A DNA stretch of 64,000 bases from an uncultured Flavobacteriales bacterium (lineage in GTDB: Bacteria; Bacteroidota; Bacteroidia; Palsa-965). The position numbers were made by a program, and so were the translations under genes. Positions 34,301 to 43,515 of this stretch are shown in pieces. Each line of letters opens with the position of its first letter. The stretch's first letter is position 1. The notes beneath the pieces are model-generated. The model searched no databases. It was given only the letters and a program-made list of their open reading frames with translations, and was not told the origin of the DNA. The DNA lies in contig CALJIF010000039.1 of NCBI GenBank assembly GCA_937974275.1, positions 28,897-92,896 on the forward strand. Reading direction: 5' to 3'.

Positions 34301-35497
34301 TATGCATTTGGTCCGGGTTTCCCGAACGCTACTACAACTGCAGCAAATCGTTTTGACAACGTTTCCAGCATTGATGTAGTATTCACCAATGATCGTTCGA
34401 AGTGGTCACGTGTTCCCGTATTTGAAGTTGGACCAAACCCACAATTGAACCAAGGATTAACACAAGCGTTCTTCGTACGTAACTCACCTTCTGTGGACAA
34501 ATATGGTCGCACGGGTGATGGTGTAGTATCGAACGATCCGAATGATGCGGACTTCATTTCTGCTACTGGAATGAGCTGGTTCCCGGGTTACGTAATTAAC
34601 GTTGAAACCGGTGAGCGATTGAACATGGCATTTGCAGAAAACTCTGCAATGGTTGCTGAACGTGGTCGCGATATGTTGTGGAACCCGACTTCTACTGAAA
34701 CAGGAAACTTGTTTGAATCTCGTTGGGGTGGTTTACACTACATCTACGTATTTGGCCACAACGGTAACGGACGTTTCCCTTCAGGACCACTGGTAAATGA
34801 ATTACGTGACGTTCCGGCATACGATTGCGGTCAGATGATCATGAAGATCATGACTTCGTCCGCTGCTGCTACCGAGCGCACAGAGGTGTTCCGTGATGCT
34901 ATGTGGGTAAATATTCCAATGTTGGACGAAGAGTTTTCGACCTGGAATTTCGGAAATGGCTATCAGTCTGATCCGGTATTACCAACCGATGTGAAGGTTA
35001 AGATTCGTGTGGCTCGTCCATATAAGAAATACTTGACAGGTATTCATCAGGTTAATGCGAACAGCCCGCTTTTGGCTACAGACTCTGTGGCTAATCCTCA
35101 GAACGGTAACAACCCGATGTACTCATTCAATACTAACGATCTTAAAGTTCAGACTGCAAATCTTGATGCAGCGAAGAATGCGTTGGATTTGATTAATGTG
35201 GTACCTAACCCGTACTATGCATATTCTGAGTACGAGCGTAATCAGTTGGATAATCGTGTGAAGTTTACCAACCTTCCTGAAAAGTGTACAATTCGTATTT
35301 ACACTGTAAACGGAACTATGGTACGTCGTATCACAAAGGATTCACCGCAAACATTTGTAGACTGGGATTTGAAAAACCAGGCTAACATTCCTGTAGCTAG
35401 TGGCTTGTACATTGTACACGTTGAAGTTCCGGGTGTAGGTGAGAAGATTCTGAAGTGGTTTGGCGTAATGCGTCCTGCTGATTTGGATGCGTATTAA
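31391..35497 (+). CDS. Large secreted T9SS cargo protein (type-A C-terminal sorting domain), function unknown
   Basis: Signal peptide MKIKRNLHVWSLTAAMALTVAASA. Asn/Gly/Thr-rich beta-rich body with Asp-rich Ca-binding-like segments (DVNGDGFYDYTAGDYPAFD, DNDRDGQEDE). C-terminal about 90 aa VVPNPYYAYSEYE...IRIYTVNGTMVRRI...ASGLYIVHVEV...KILKWFGVMRP is a type-A T9SS CTD. 64 nt downstream of the TBDR stop. Confidence 0.65.
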   Translation: MKIKRNLHVWSLTAAMALTVAASARENGASGGRRPNGSMRVTTQDQLAASCTPATAKTDLEINNVRTTIMTGGDMWWDLNNAKYEVPKGSKAHSVFAGALWIGGLDAGGQLKVAAMTYRQTGNDFWPGPLDTTTVSIDGAVCNSYDRHWKITRKEVEDFYSYTLGQGPSGYTVPLVIQNWPGNGDAAFGQGKYLAPFVDVNGDGFYDYTAGDYPAFDVAGNLGCSKNQIYGDQCLWWVFNDKGNVHSESGAQAIGLEIHAQAFAFSTNDEINNMTFYSYKIINRSTVSMNNTYFGQWTDADLGDYLDDYVGCDVGRGLGYTYNGDANDGASAQPTLGTYGANPPAIGMDFFEGPLADPGDGIDNDRDGQEDEVGEQIIMSKFVYYNNDFTIIGNPENATHFYNYLSGFWKDGSPLTYGGNAYGGSLVCDFMFPGNSDPLGWGTNFVPQSPWDEASVGNTPADRRMLQSAGPFTLQPGAVNFITVGAVWARAASGGPAASVALMRVTDDKAQRLFDNCFRTLDGPDAPDMTIQELDKELLIYLSNKETGNNYLNSYEAFDPGIVYSNVAPGIDTTYNFEGYQIFQLKDATVTTADLYNPDKARLVYQCDVKNGVTNLVNREFDQALNADVPKDMTLQANDEGIFNSFQITEDAFATGDRRLINHKTYYYMAVSYAHNNYIQYSDVSFDPLNATSPSNIGQKKPYLAGRRNIKVYTAIPHIPSPEAGGTNQQAAYGSGPKLTRLEGSGNGQNALELTQSSIDAILNATTVNNGGTSRVDQITYENGAGPVNIKVIDPLNVPEGEFTIQIINNPNNRPVVIDTARWVLTQTSPVSRSWSSDTTLNIYSTYFNEQIIPELGMSVTLAQVNPPGFTSGQQVNPIQNGLLGSSITFADPTKDWLTGIQDDDSNSEYNWIRGGTTTGTGVCVAEFNDRSIGPNFIDPDAQYEKVVNGTWGPYRLVADNISPTATQPCYAFGPGFPNATTTAANRFDNVSSIDVVFTNDRSKWSRVPVFEVGPNPQLNQGLTQAFFVRNSPSVDKYGRTGDGVVSNDPNDADFISATGMSWFPGYVINVETGERLNMAFAENSAMVAERGRDMLWNPTSTETGNLFESRWGGLHYIYVFGHNGNGRFPSGPLVNELRDVPAYDCGQMIMKIMTSSAAATERTEVFRDAMWVNIPMLDEEFSTWNFGNGYQSDPVLPTDVKVKIRVARPYKKYLTGIHQVNANSPLLATDSVANPQNGNNPMYSFNTNDLKVQTANLDAAKNALDLINVVPNPYYAYSEYERNQLDNRVKFTNLPEKCTIRIYTVNGTMVRRITKDSPQTFVDWDLKNQANIPVASGLYIVHVEVPGVGEKILKWFGVMRPADLDAY

Positions 35498-35534
35498 TAG
35501 AACATTGCAAGTATTGATTTAGAAAGTTCTGATC

Positions 35535-36608
35535 ATGAAAAGACAACATAAAGTTTTAATTCCAATCGTAGCCTGCGGACTGATGCTCTCAACAGCATCA
35601 GTTCTGAAGGCGGGAAATAAGGATCGTGCCGGACAGGCCGGTGCAACAGAATTGTTGATCAATCCTTACGCACGAAATTCAGGATGGGCAGGTGCGAACC
35701 ACGCAGGTGCACGCGGCTTAGAAGCGATGTACATGAACGTTGCAGGTACTGCGTTTACAACACGAACTGAAATGATGTTCTGCCGCACAAACTGGTTGGT
35801 GGGTACAGGTATTAATATCAATTCATTCGGCTTCACGCAGCGTGTGGGCGAAACCGGTGTGATCGGATTGGGTGTAATGTCCATGGATTTCGGTGAAATT
35901 CCGATTACAACGGTAGATCTTCCGGAAGGTGGAATCGGTACGTTCAATCCAACGTTTACAAATATTGGATTGTCATACGCGAAAGGATTTTCCGAAAACA
36001 TTTACGGCGGTATCGTTGTGAAAGGTATTTCTCAGGCTATCGCTGACGTTGCGGCGCGCGGCTTGGCTTTGGATGCAGGTATTCAGTACGTAACAGGTAA
36101 ATACGAGCATATCAAGTTTGGTATTTCCTTGCGTAACGTAGGCCCGCGTATGAAGTTTACCGGTGACGGTTTGAGTTTCCGTGGCGTTTCTCCTAGCGGT
36201 AACTATGCTATGAGTCTTGAGCAGCGTTCACAGGACTTCGATCTTCCTACACAGGTTAACATTGCCGGTTCTTATGATTTGTATTTTTCACAGGATAGCG
36301 CTTCTATGAAAAATCATCGTTTGACTATGGCAGGAACTTTCACCTCGAACTCGTTCTCTAAAGATCAGTTCCGAGTAGGTGCTGAATATGCATGGAAATC
36401 GATGTTGATGGTACGTGCGGGTTATGATTACGAAGAAGGTATTACTTCCGACGATAATCGTACGACTGCATTTACAGGTCCATCATTTGGTGCTACTGTA
36501 GAATTGCCTTTTGGTAAGAAGGGTTCAACATTCGGTGTTGATTATTCTTACCGTACAACAAATCCATTCTCAGGCGTACACAGCTTCGGCGTTCGTTTGA
36601 GTCTGTAA
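35535..36608 (+). CDS. PorV/PorQ(FadL)-like outer-membrane beta-barrel, T9SS-associated candidate
   Basis: Signal peptide. N-terminal ELLINPYARNSGWAGANHAGARGLEAMYMNVAGTAF resembles the PorV/FadL N-terminal hatch motif. Alternating-hydrophobic beta-strands. Ends ...HSFGVRLSL. Confidence 0.45.
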   Translation: MKRQHKVLIPIVACGLMLSTASVLKAGNKDRAGQAGATELLINPYARNSGWAGANHAGARGLEAMYMNVAGTAFTTRTEMMFCRTNWLVGTGININSFGFTQRVGETGVIGLGVMSMDFGEIPITTVDLPEGGIGTFNPTFTNIGLSYAKGFSENIYGGIVVKGISQAIADVAARGLALDAGIQYVTGKYEHIKFGISLRNVGPRMKFTGDGLSFRGVSPSGNYAMSLEQRSQDFDLPTQVNIAGSYDLYFSQDSASMKNHRLTMAGTFTSNSFSKDQFRVGAEYAWKSMLMVRAGYDYEEGITSDDNRTTAFTGPSFGATVELPFGKKGSTFGVDYSYRTTNPFSGVHSFGVRLSL

Positions 36609-36640
36609 GGAAAGTATAATAACTTTTATTAAATTTGTAG

Positions 36641-36675
36641 GAGAAGTCCCGGTTATGCCGGGACTTCTTTTCTGT
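36641..36675 (+). terminator. Rho-independent terminator closing the 27.6-36.6 kb operon
   Basis: GAGAAGTCCCGGTTATGCCGGGACTTCTTTTCTG: 11-bp stem followed by a T-run. Confidence 0.75.
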
Positions 36676-36694
36676 TAACTAATTCGCATAAACT

Positions 36695-37168
36695 ATGGGA
36701 CAGATCAATTACGTTACCGAGGAAGGTCTTAAGAAATTGCAGGAAGAATTGCACTACTTGAAGACTAAAGAGCGTCCAAGTATTTCGGCTCAGATAGCAG
36801 AAGCGCGAGACAAAGGTGATTTATCGGAGAACGCGGAGTATGATGCTGCTAAAGAAGCTCAAGGATTGCTTGAAATGAAAATCGCGAAGATGGAAGAGTT
36901 GTTGAGCAATACGCGCATCGTAGATGAATCGCAATTGGATACATCGCGCGTTTACATTTTATGCAAAGTCACTATCAAGAACGTTAAAACGGGCGCGAAG
37001 ATGTCATATACACTCGTTCCGGAAAATGAGGCAGACTTAAAGACCGGAAGAATTTCTGTGAATTCACCCATTGCGAAAGGATTGTTGGGTAAGGAAGTTG
37101 GTGATGTTACAGATGTTGTAGTTCCTTCCGGGACGATGAAGTTTGAAATTCTTGAAATTTCACGTTAA
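36695..37168 (+). CDS. greA: Transcription elongation factor GreA
   Basis: 157 aa. N-terminal coiled-coil with DLSENAEYDAAKE and a C-terminal FKBP-like domain. Confidence 0.9.
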   Translation: MGQINYVTEEGLKKLQEELHYLKTKERPSISAQIAEARDKGDLSENAEYDAAKEAQGLLEMKIAKMEELLSNTRIVDESQLDTSRVYILCKVTIKNVKTGAKMSYTLVPENEADLKTGRISVNSPIAKGLLGKEVGDVTDVVVPSGTMKFEILEISR

Positions 37169-37572
37169 TGGCGAGCATATTTACCAAAATCATTAACGGT
37201 GATTTACCGTCGTTTAAGGTTGCGGAAAACGAACGTTGTCTTGCGTTTCTGGACGTATTTCCACTAGTCGAAGGACATGTATTGGTCGTTCCTAAAAAGG
37301 AAGTAGATCGCATTTATGATCTTCCTGCAGAGGATTACGCCGAGTTGTTTCGCTTCAGTAAAGTAATTGCAGGCGCGATGCAAGAGGTGTTGACCGGCAA
37401 GCGTATCGGATTTGCGGTTGTTGGTTTGGAAGTACCGCACGCACATTTGCATTTGGTTCCCATTAATACTGCCGACGACATTAATTTTACACGACCAAAA
37501 ATAAAGGTCGATGAGGCGCGAATGAAAGAATTGCAGGCTTTGATAAAGGCAGCATTACCGGAAACAATTTAA
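37168..37572 (+). CDS. HIT family hydrolase (Hint-like)
   Basis: HVLVVPKK ... HAHLHLVP histidine triad. Confidence 0.85.
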   Translation: MASIFTKIINGDLPSFKVAENERCLAFLDVFPLVEGHVLVVPKKEVDRIYDLPAEDYAELFRFSKVIAGAMQEVLTGKRIGFAVVGLEVPHAHLHLVPINTADDINFTRPKIKVDEARMKELQALIKAALPETI

Positions 37573-38153
37573 CTGCCTTTTACTCTTCCCGGATTACTTT
37601 TAATAAAAGCACCCCAGTCTTTCGATTTTGCGGTGGCTCCGGGCATTTTATTTTGAAAGAAATGGCACACCGCTACAGCTAATCCATCAGTAGCATCCAG
37701 ATATTCCGGTTTTTCCTGAAATTTCAGAAGATTGTGGAGCATAGCAGCAACCTGCTCTTTGGAGGCATTTCCATTGCCTGTAATTGACTGTTTGATTTTA
37801 CGCGGAGAATATTCGAAGACAGGAATATTTCTATTAATTGATGCTGCAATCGCAACGCCCTGTGCACGTCCTAACTTTAACATAGACTGCACATTCTTGC
37901 CAAAGAAAGGTGCTTCAATGGCAAATTCATCCGGCAAATGGAGTTCTGCCAAACGTTCCACTTCACGAAAAATTCGTTGCAGTTTTTGAGGATGATCCGC
38001 GATTTTGTCGAGCTTGAGCACGCCCATATCGAGCAGACGGATGGCATTGCCGCTTACAGCAATTACGCCGAATCCAAGAATGTTCGTTCCGGGATCTACA
38101 CCAAGTATTATGCGATCGTTGTTACGACGCGAATCGTTCGCAGGAATTGCCAT
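37569..38153 (-). CDS. ruvC: Crossover junction endodeoxyribonuclease RuvC
   Basis: RIILGVDPGTNILGFGVI catalytic Asp N-terminus. EFAIEAPFFGKNVQSMLKLGRAQG. Confidence 0.9.
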   Translation of the reverse strand: MAIPANDSRRNNDRIILGVDPGTNILGFGVIAVSGNAIRLLDMGVLKLDKIADHPQKLQRIFREVERLAELHLPDEFAIEAPFFGKNVQSMLKLGRAQGVAIAASINRNIPVFEYSPRKIKQSITGNGNASKEQVAAMLHNLLKFQEKPEYLDATDGLAVAVCHFFQNKMPGATAKSKDWGAFIKSNPGRVKGS

Positions 38154-39085
38154 GTACTTTGTTACATTTACTCATCGTGACTCACATCAAACAACACGTT
38201 ATCCGCTGGTTAAAGTTAGCAATAGTACTAATTGCTTCGTACTATGTGAGTACGCGTATTACACAACGTTCCGCATTATTCGCTGATTTGGTTTGCTCGC
38301 CGGGCGTTTCTGTTTTACCATTTCTACTTGTTATTTTTTTATTACCGGTGAACATTGCTTTGGAAACTTTACGGTGGAAAACTCTAGTGGCGCACATTCA
38401 GCAACTCTCATTTTTAACAGCGCTTAAAGGTGTCTTATCCGGATTTACGACAGCATTGGCTTCGCCCAATCGTATGGGGGAATTTGTTGGCCGAGTGTTA
38501 TTTCTTCAGGAGCAACATCGTGTTGCTGCAGGAATTGTTTCGGGCATAGGAGGTATGCTGCAGGGCGTGATAACAGCTTTTGCAGCGTTGCCACTTTTGA
38601 TTATTCATAAGAATATTTTTTACCTCATCACATCGACAGCACATTTATTGCCACTGCTTGTTATAGCAATTGTAATGCCGATGTTGGTGTTATTTATATT
38701 TCCTAAGTCGTGGTTGAACGTGGTAAAAAACGCAGCGCAGATTCCTCGTCATCGACTCTTGCGGGCTGCAGTATTGACATCGCTTCGATTTGCTGTATAT
38801 ACCATACAATTAGCTATTTTACTTGCTGCATTTTCTAGCTGCAGTTTTAGTGAAGCGCTGCAATGTGCAGTGTTGGTGTACTTTTTTGTTACCGTAATTC
38901 CAACATTTGCATGGACAGAAATTGTGGTTCGCGGGACCGTATCCGGTATAGTAGCCGGAGCATTAGGATTATCTGCAGAAGCCGCGATAGTTGCAGCTTC
39001 GTTATTATGGATCATAAATGTTGTGATACCTGCAGGCATAGGTGCATTATTTCTTTTGATTAATCGTGAAGGTGGTTCGGAATGA
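38147..39085 (+). CDS. Flippase-like / LPG-synthase-TM-like polytopic membrane protein
   Basis: About 8 TM segments. Family assignment by overall resemblance only. Stop overlaps the GT2 start (ATGA). Confidence 0.4.
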   Translation: MPCTLLHLLIVTHIKQHVIRWLKLAIVLIASYYVSTRITQRSALFADLVCSPGVSVLPFLLVIFLLPVNIALETLRWKTLVAHIQQLSFLTALKGVLSGFTTALASPNRMGEFVGRVLFLQEQHRVAAGIVSGIGGMLQGVITAFAALPLLIIHKNIFYLITSTAHLLPLLVIAIVMPMLVLFIFPKSWLNVVKNAAQIPRHRLLRAAVLTSLRFAVYTIQLAILLAAFSSCSFSEALQCAVLVYFFVTVIPTFAWTEIVVRGTVSGIVAGALGLSAEAAIVAASLLWIINVVIPAGIGALFLLINREGGSE

Positions 39086-40173
39086 TGGTAATGATTTCCA
39101 TATCAATTGTGATGTTGTATCTGTTGGTTAATGCGCCGGCTTTTCTGATGCGACGAACTGTGGTGACAGCTACGGATGATAACGAAAATATTGAAGTAAG
39201 TGTAGTTGTTGCTGTACGCAATGAAGAACAACATGTGAATCCACTCATTCGGAATCTGATGCAACAGAATTATCACAACAAGGAAATAATTGTTGTTAAT
39301 GATCATTCTACTGATGGAACAGCGCGGGAATTATTAAAATTTCACGGCACAGAAGGAATTACAATTCTTCATTTGCAAGAGGGAATAACAGGGAAGAAGT
39401 CCGCTATCCGTCACGGAGAACAGATTGCCCGAGGAAAGATTATTGTGGTAACCGATGCCGATGTGGTGCATCCGCAAGGCTGGCTGAAACGAATAGTAAA
39501 TTGTAATGCAGGTAGCGATCAGTTGTACGGCGGTGCTGTTTTATGCGATGCAGGTAAAGGAACATTCATCGAGCAAATGCAACAACTCGAGTTTGCAGCA
39601 ATAGTGCGACTCAATGCCGGTTATAGCAATTTGTATCAACCGATAAGTATGAATGCCGCGAATATGGCGTATTCCCATGCATTGAGCACTCGTTTGAATG
39701 ATACAGATGCGGGTGCTTTCCCCGGAGGAGATGACATTTTTAAACTTATTTCAGCAGCGCAACAGGGGGTAAATTCTGTATTTGATACTGAAAATCCGGT
39801 TTATATAGCCCCGGAAACAACCTGGCAATCATTTGTTAATCAACGGAAACGTTGGATTTCAAAGGCTCGGGCTTATCCTGCAGGATTTATGAGTCTGATC
39901 ACTGCAATTATTGGAGCGGGGCATATTTTGCAGGTATTCTTCCTTCCATTAATGTTCATTTTGAGTGGAGACATCTATTACATCGGGTTGTGGTTGGTGA
40001 AGTATGTAATCGATGTTTTGTTGTTATCTTTAGCTGCATTTGAAACACGTCCTTCACCGGGATTTTTTTCTGTTTTACGTGTCGCATTGGTTTATCCGTT
40101 TTTAGCGGTTTATATCGGCGTCACGGCATTGACGGGAAGTTATCATTGGAAAGATCGTGAGTACAAACGTTAA
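39082..40173 (+). CDS. Family 2 glycosyltransferase with C-terminal membrane domain
   Basis: VSVVVAVRNEEQHVNPLIRNLMQQNYHNKEIIVVNDHSTDGT GT-A N-terminus, DAD (DxD) motif, then TM helices. Confidence 0.7.
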   Translation: MMVMISISIVMLYLLVNAPAFLMRRTVVTATDDNENIEVSVVVAVRNEEQHVNPLIRNLMQQNYHNKEIIVVNDHSTDGTARELLKFHGTEGITILHLQEGITGKKSAIRHGEQIARGKIIVVTDADVVHPQGWLKRIVNCNAGSDQLYGGAVLCDAGKGTFIEQMQQLEFAAIVRLNAGYSNLYQPISMNAANMAYSHALSTRLNDTDAGAFPGGDDIFKLISAAQQGVNSVFDTENPVYIAPETTWQSFVNQRKRWISKARAYPAGFMSLITAIIGAGHILQVFFLPLMFILSGDIYYIGLWLVKYVIDVLLLSLAAFETRPSPGFFSVLRVALVYPFLAVYIGVTALTGSYHWKDREYKR

Positions 40174-40174
40174 A

Positions 40175-41407
40175 ATGGCAACCAAGAAGTCCAATTCCTT
40201 AACGGCCTTTGCGTGGCAACGTTTAAAACGTAACAAGCCCGCTATGTTTGGTATTATTACCATTGCGGTGACGATGGTAATTGCGATGTTGGGTTATTTA
40301 ATAACACCCGATTCATCGCCTGATGCTTCCACACACATTGAAGAGATCAGCATTCAAAAACCAGGTTTTGAATGCAAGTTGATTGCGTTGAAGAAAAACA
40401 ATCCCGCATCTGATGGGAATTTTTTCAGCACGATGTTATTCGGGAAGCCCGGAGATTATGAGTATCACGCCTATAAGTTTTATCGATTCGAAAAAAACGA
40501 TATTCTTTGGGAAGAATATCACGAAAATGCAGGCGTAGGAAAGATTTGGAGATATAATCTGGCCGATGCGTTATACGCTATCAATCCGGCATTTCCTGTT
40601 GTCAATGATACGGTTAACGGTTACGTGGAATTCTATGCGTATGGCGAAACCCGTAAAATTCACAAGACCGTGCAGGAATTGCGCGAGGAAATGAAAGCCA
40701 ATATCATTGATAAGTCATTTATTTTGGGTACTGATCATTTCGGTCGTGATTTGTTGAGCCGCTTGATGATCGGATCGCGCATTTCACTATTTGTAGGATT
40801 GATTTCGGTTGGAATTTCCATTGTTATCGGAGTTTTGATGGGCGCACTAGCCGGTTTCTTCAGAGGTTGGGTTGATGATCTGATAATGTGGTTTATAAAT
40901 GTTGTTTGGTCGATTCCTACATTGTTGCTCGTTGTAGCAATTACGTTGGTTTTGGGTAAAGGCATCTTTCCGATTTTCGTTGCTGTCGGATTAACCATGT
41001 GGGTGGAAACGGCACGTGTAGTGCGTGGACAAATACTCAGTGTGCGTGAGAAAGAATTTATTGAAGCTGGACGAGCTTTGGGTTATCGTAACAGTCGAAT
41101 TATATGGAAGCACGTTTTGCCTAACGTAATGGGGCCTGTTATTGTAATTTCGGCGAACAACTTTGCATCAGCTATTTTGATTGAAGCCGGTTTAAGTTAT
41201 TTGGGCATCGGAGTACAGCGACCAACTCCATCGTGGGGAATGATGATCAGCGAGTACAAAGGTTACATTTTAACGGGCGATGCATATTTGGCGGTCCTTC
41301 CCGGCATTGCAATTATGATTGTGGTATTAGCATTCATGTTATTAGGTAACGGTTTGCGTGATGCAATTGACACGAAGATGTCAGATGAAGATCGCATCAT
41401 GACGTGA
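40175..41407 (+). CDS. ABC transporter permease, OppC/DppC-like with extended N-terminus
   Basis: LGTDHFGRDLLSRLMIGSRISLFVG and an EAA-loop-like region (ARALGYRNSRIIWKHVLPN). The ATG at 40175 immediately follows the GT2 stop; the track ORF starts at 40157. Confidence 0.7.
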   Translation: MATKKSNSLTAFAWQRLKRNKPAMFGIITIAVTMVIAMLGYLITPDSSPDASTHIEEISIQKPGFECKLIALKKNNPASDGNFFSTMLFGKPGDYEYHAYKFYRFEKNDILWEEYHENAGVGKIWRYNLADALYAINPAFPVVNDTVNGYVEFYAYGETRKIHKTVQELREEMKANIIDKSFILGTDHFGRDLLSRLMIGSRISLFVGLISVGISIVIGVLMGALAGFFRGWVDDLIMWFINVVWSIPTLLLVVAITLVLGKGIFPIFVAVGLTMWVETARVVRGQILSVREKEFIEAGRALGYRNSRIIWKHVLPNVMGPVIVISANNFASAILIEAGLSYLGIGVQRPTPSWGMMISEYKGYILTGDAYLAVLPGIAIMIVVLAFMLLGNGLRDAIDTKMSDEDRIMT

Positions 41408-41501
41408 TTTGTGAATAAATCGCTTTGTGTTGAAAGCAGCTTTTTTGCTACATTAGCGCAACACACACACACCGAGTAATCGGAATAATTTACAACACAC
41501 T

Positions 41502-42116
41502 ATGCACATAGCAGTAGCCGGAAATATCGGTTCGGGAAAAACTACGCTGACCACGTTATTGTCGAAACATTACGGGTGGCATGCACATTACGAAGATGCG
41601 GATGAAAATCCTTATTTGACGGACTTCTACGAGGACATGCAGCGTTGGTCGTTTAATCTTCAGATTTACTTTTTAAATAGTCGTTTCGCGCAACAATTGG
41701 ATATTCGCAAGTCGGGGAAAGCGGTTATTCAGGATCGTACGATATATGAGGACGCGCACATTTTTGCACCGAACTTGCATTCAATGGGTCTAATGACTAC
41801 ACGTGATTTCGAAAATTATTTTTCGTTGTTCCGTCTCATGGAATCATTGATACAAGCTCCGGATCTGTTGATCTATTTGCGTGCATCGGTTCCAACGTTG
41901 GTAGCTCAAATTCAAAAGCGTGGCCGTGAATACGAAAATGCCATTCGTATTGATTATTTGAAGCGCCTCAACGAACGTTATGAAGCCTGGATTTCTACGT
42001 ATGAATCCGGCAAGTTACTGGTGATTGATGTAGACGAAAATAAGTTTTCGGAAAACCCTGAGCATCTTGGCGAAATTATCCGAAAGATTGACGCCGAAAT
42101 CAACGGTTTATTTTAA
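41502..42116 (+). CDS. Deoxynucleoside kinase (dAK/dGK/dCK family)
   Basis: MHIAVAGNIGSGKTTL P-loop, YEDADENPYLTDFYEDMQRWSFNLQIYFLNSRF, DR(T/S)xYED motif. Confidence 0.8.
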   Translation: MHIAVAGNIGSGKTTLTTLLSKHYGWHAHYEDADENPYLTDFYEDMQRWSFNLQIYFLNSRFAQQLDIRKSGKAVIQDRTIYEDAHIFAPNLHSMGLMTTRDFENYFSLFRLMESLIQAPDLLIYLRASVPTLVAQIQKRGREYENAIRIDYLKRLNERYEAWISTYESGKLLVIDVDENKFSENPEHLGEIIRKIDAEINGLF

Positions 42117-42121
42117 ATGAG

Positions 42122-42152
42122 AGAGCAACGAAAGTTGCTCTTTTTTATTGTC
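42122..42152 (+). terminator. Rho-independent terminator after the dNK gene
   Basis: AGAGCAACGAAAGTTGCTCTTTTTTATTG. Confidence 0.7.
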
Positions 42153-42402
42153 TGCATTTTCAGGAATTGCATTCCAGGAAATCGAAATTCAAGACTGTTG
42201 TGCGTGTGGAAAATGCAACGGTGTTAAAAATTTGTAGCACCCTATTAATCAGCAATTTTATTATTGTTAACAGACCTTGTATTCGCGGAAGGATGTTTTT
42301 ACTTCGTGAAGTGCGTATGATTCGAAAATCTCCGTTTTCTGCGTCACTTTCCGTTTCGGTGTTCATTATACCGACAATCGCAAAACCCTAATTTCTGCTA
42401 CC

Positions 42403-43500
42403 ATGAAAAACGCCACATTACACCCATCCCACGATCAGTCCACAGTATTAAAAATGTACAAGAAGGCTCGTTATTTGCAGCCGTTCTACTTCTACGGTTC
42501 CCGGTGGAATGTTACTGCATCGAAGTATCACATCTGTGAAATCAAGAACCAGAAAGCAATTCGCGAGTTGCTGCAAAAATACCCGGCTGATCAATATTAT
42601 ACCGTTTATTCTTCATCTATTGATGTTCGATTCGGGCGCAGAGCAATTAATTCGGCTTACGTGGAAATTGCACCATATATCGCGGTGTATTACAATTCCG
42701 GATATGATGATGTGAAAGGAATTCAGATTCTGTATCATCCAAGAGCGGATCACGCAGTAATTGATGAATTGCTCGTTTGGCTGGAGCAGTATAAAGTGGA
42801 TGAAGAAACCGGAGCAACGATAAATCTGTTGCAGGAAGCTACTTTCGGTGGTTTGGAATTAAGTCCGTATCGAATTAAAGAACCTTCTGTGGATATACAC
42901 AAGCATTACAACGATGATTTTGCTCCTTGGCACGAGAGGATTCTGGAACGTCTGAATACGCCTGATGATAAGGGTTTGGTGTTATTGCACGGAAAACCGG
43001 GGACGGGAAAAACTACTTATCTCCGTTATCTCGCCGGATTAGTAAAGAAGCGCGTGATCTTTCTTTCGCCTGATATGGTACAACGATTGGGCACTCCGAA
43101 TTTTACATCGCTGATGAAAGGTTATGAAAATTCTATAATAATTATTGAGGATGCGGAAGAGGTTGTTATGGATAGGAATGCAGGAGGAAATCACGCTATA
43201 TCTAACCTGCTGAACATGACCGATGGTTTGCTAGCTGATTGTTTTAAAATGCAATTTGTGTGTACGTTTAATACGCCGTTGGCAACATTGGATAAGGCAT
43301 TATTACGAAAAGGGCGTTTGATCGCGCGTTATGAGTTTAATGAACTCGAGCAAGCCAAAGTTGAGACATTGGCTATGGAACTTGGCATCGAATTGAAACA
43401 ACCGAAACCGATGGTACTAACGGATGTGTTTAATTACGGCGAGGATACGGAATCAGATACGCCGGAGCGTGTGCTGGGTTTTATGCGAAATGTCGGATAG
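42403..43500 (+). CDS. AAA family ATPase with about 190-aa N-terminal domain of unknown function
   Basis: Walker A LLHGKPGTGKTT. Walker B IIIIEDAEE. Sensor/arginine-finger region LLRKGR. Confidence 0.7.
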   Translation: MKNATLHPSHDQSTVLKMYKKARYLQPFYFYGSRWNVTASKYHICEIKNQKAIRELLQKYPADQYYTVYSSSIDVRFGRRAINSAYVEIAPYIAVYYNSGYDDVKGIQILYHPRADHAVIDELLVWLEQYKVDEETGATINLLQEATFGGLELSPYRIKEPSVDIHKHYNDDFAPWHERILERLNTPDDKGLVLLHGKPGTGKTTYLRYLAGLVKKRVIFLSPDMVQRLGTPNFTSLMKGYENSIIIIEDAEEVVMDRNAGGNHAISNLLNMTDGLLADCFKMQFVCTFNTPLATLDKALLRKGRLIARYEFNELEQAKVETLAMELGIELKQPKPMVLTDVFNYGEDTESDTPERVLGFMRNVG

Positions 43501-43515
43501 TTGTTGTAGAGCTGA

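Noticed and set aside
42160-42391. Two overlapping 68/74-aa ORFs in the dNK to AAA-ATPase intergenic region
   Set aside because: Mutually antisense, no start context or conservation signal. The region more likely holds the AAA ATPase promoter.
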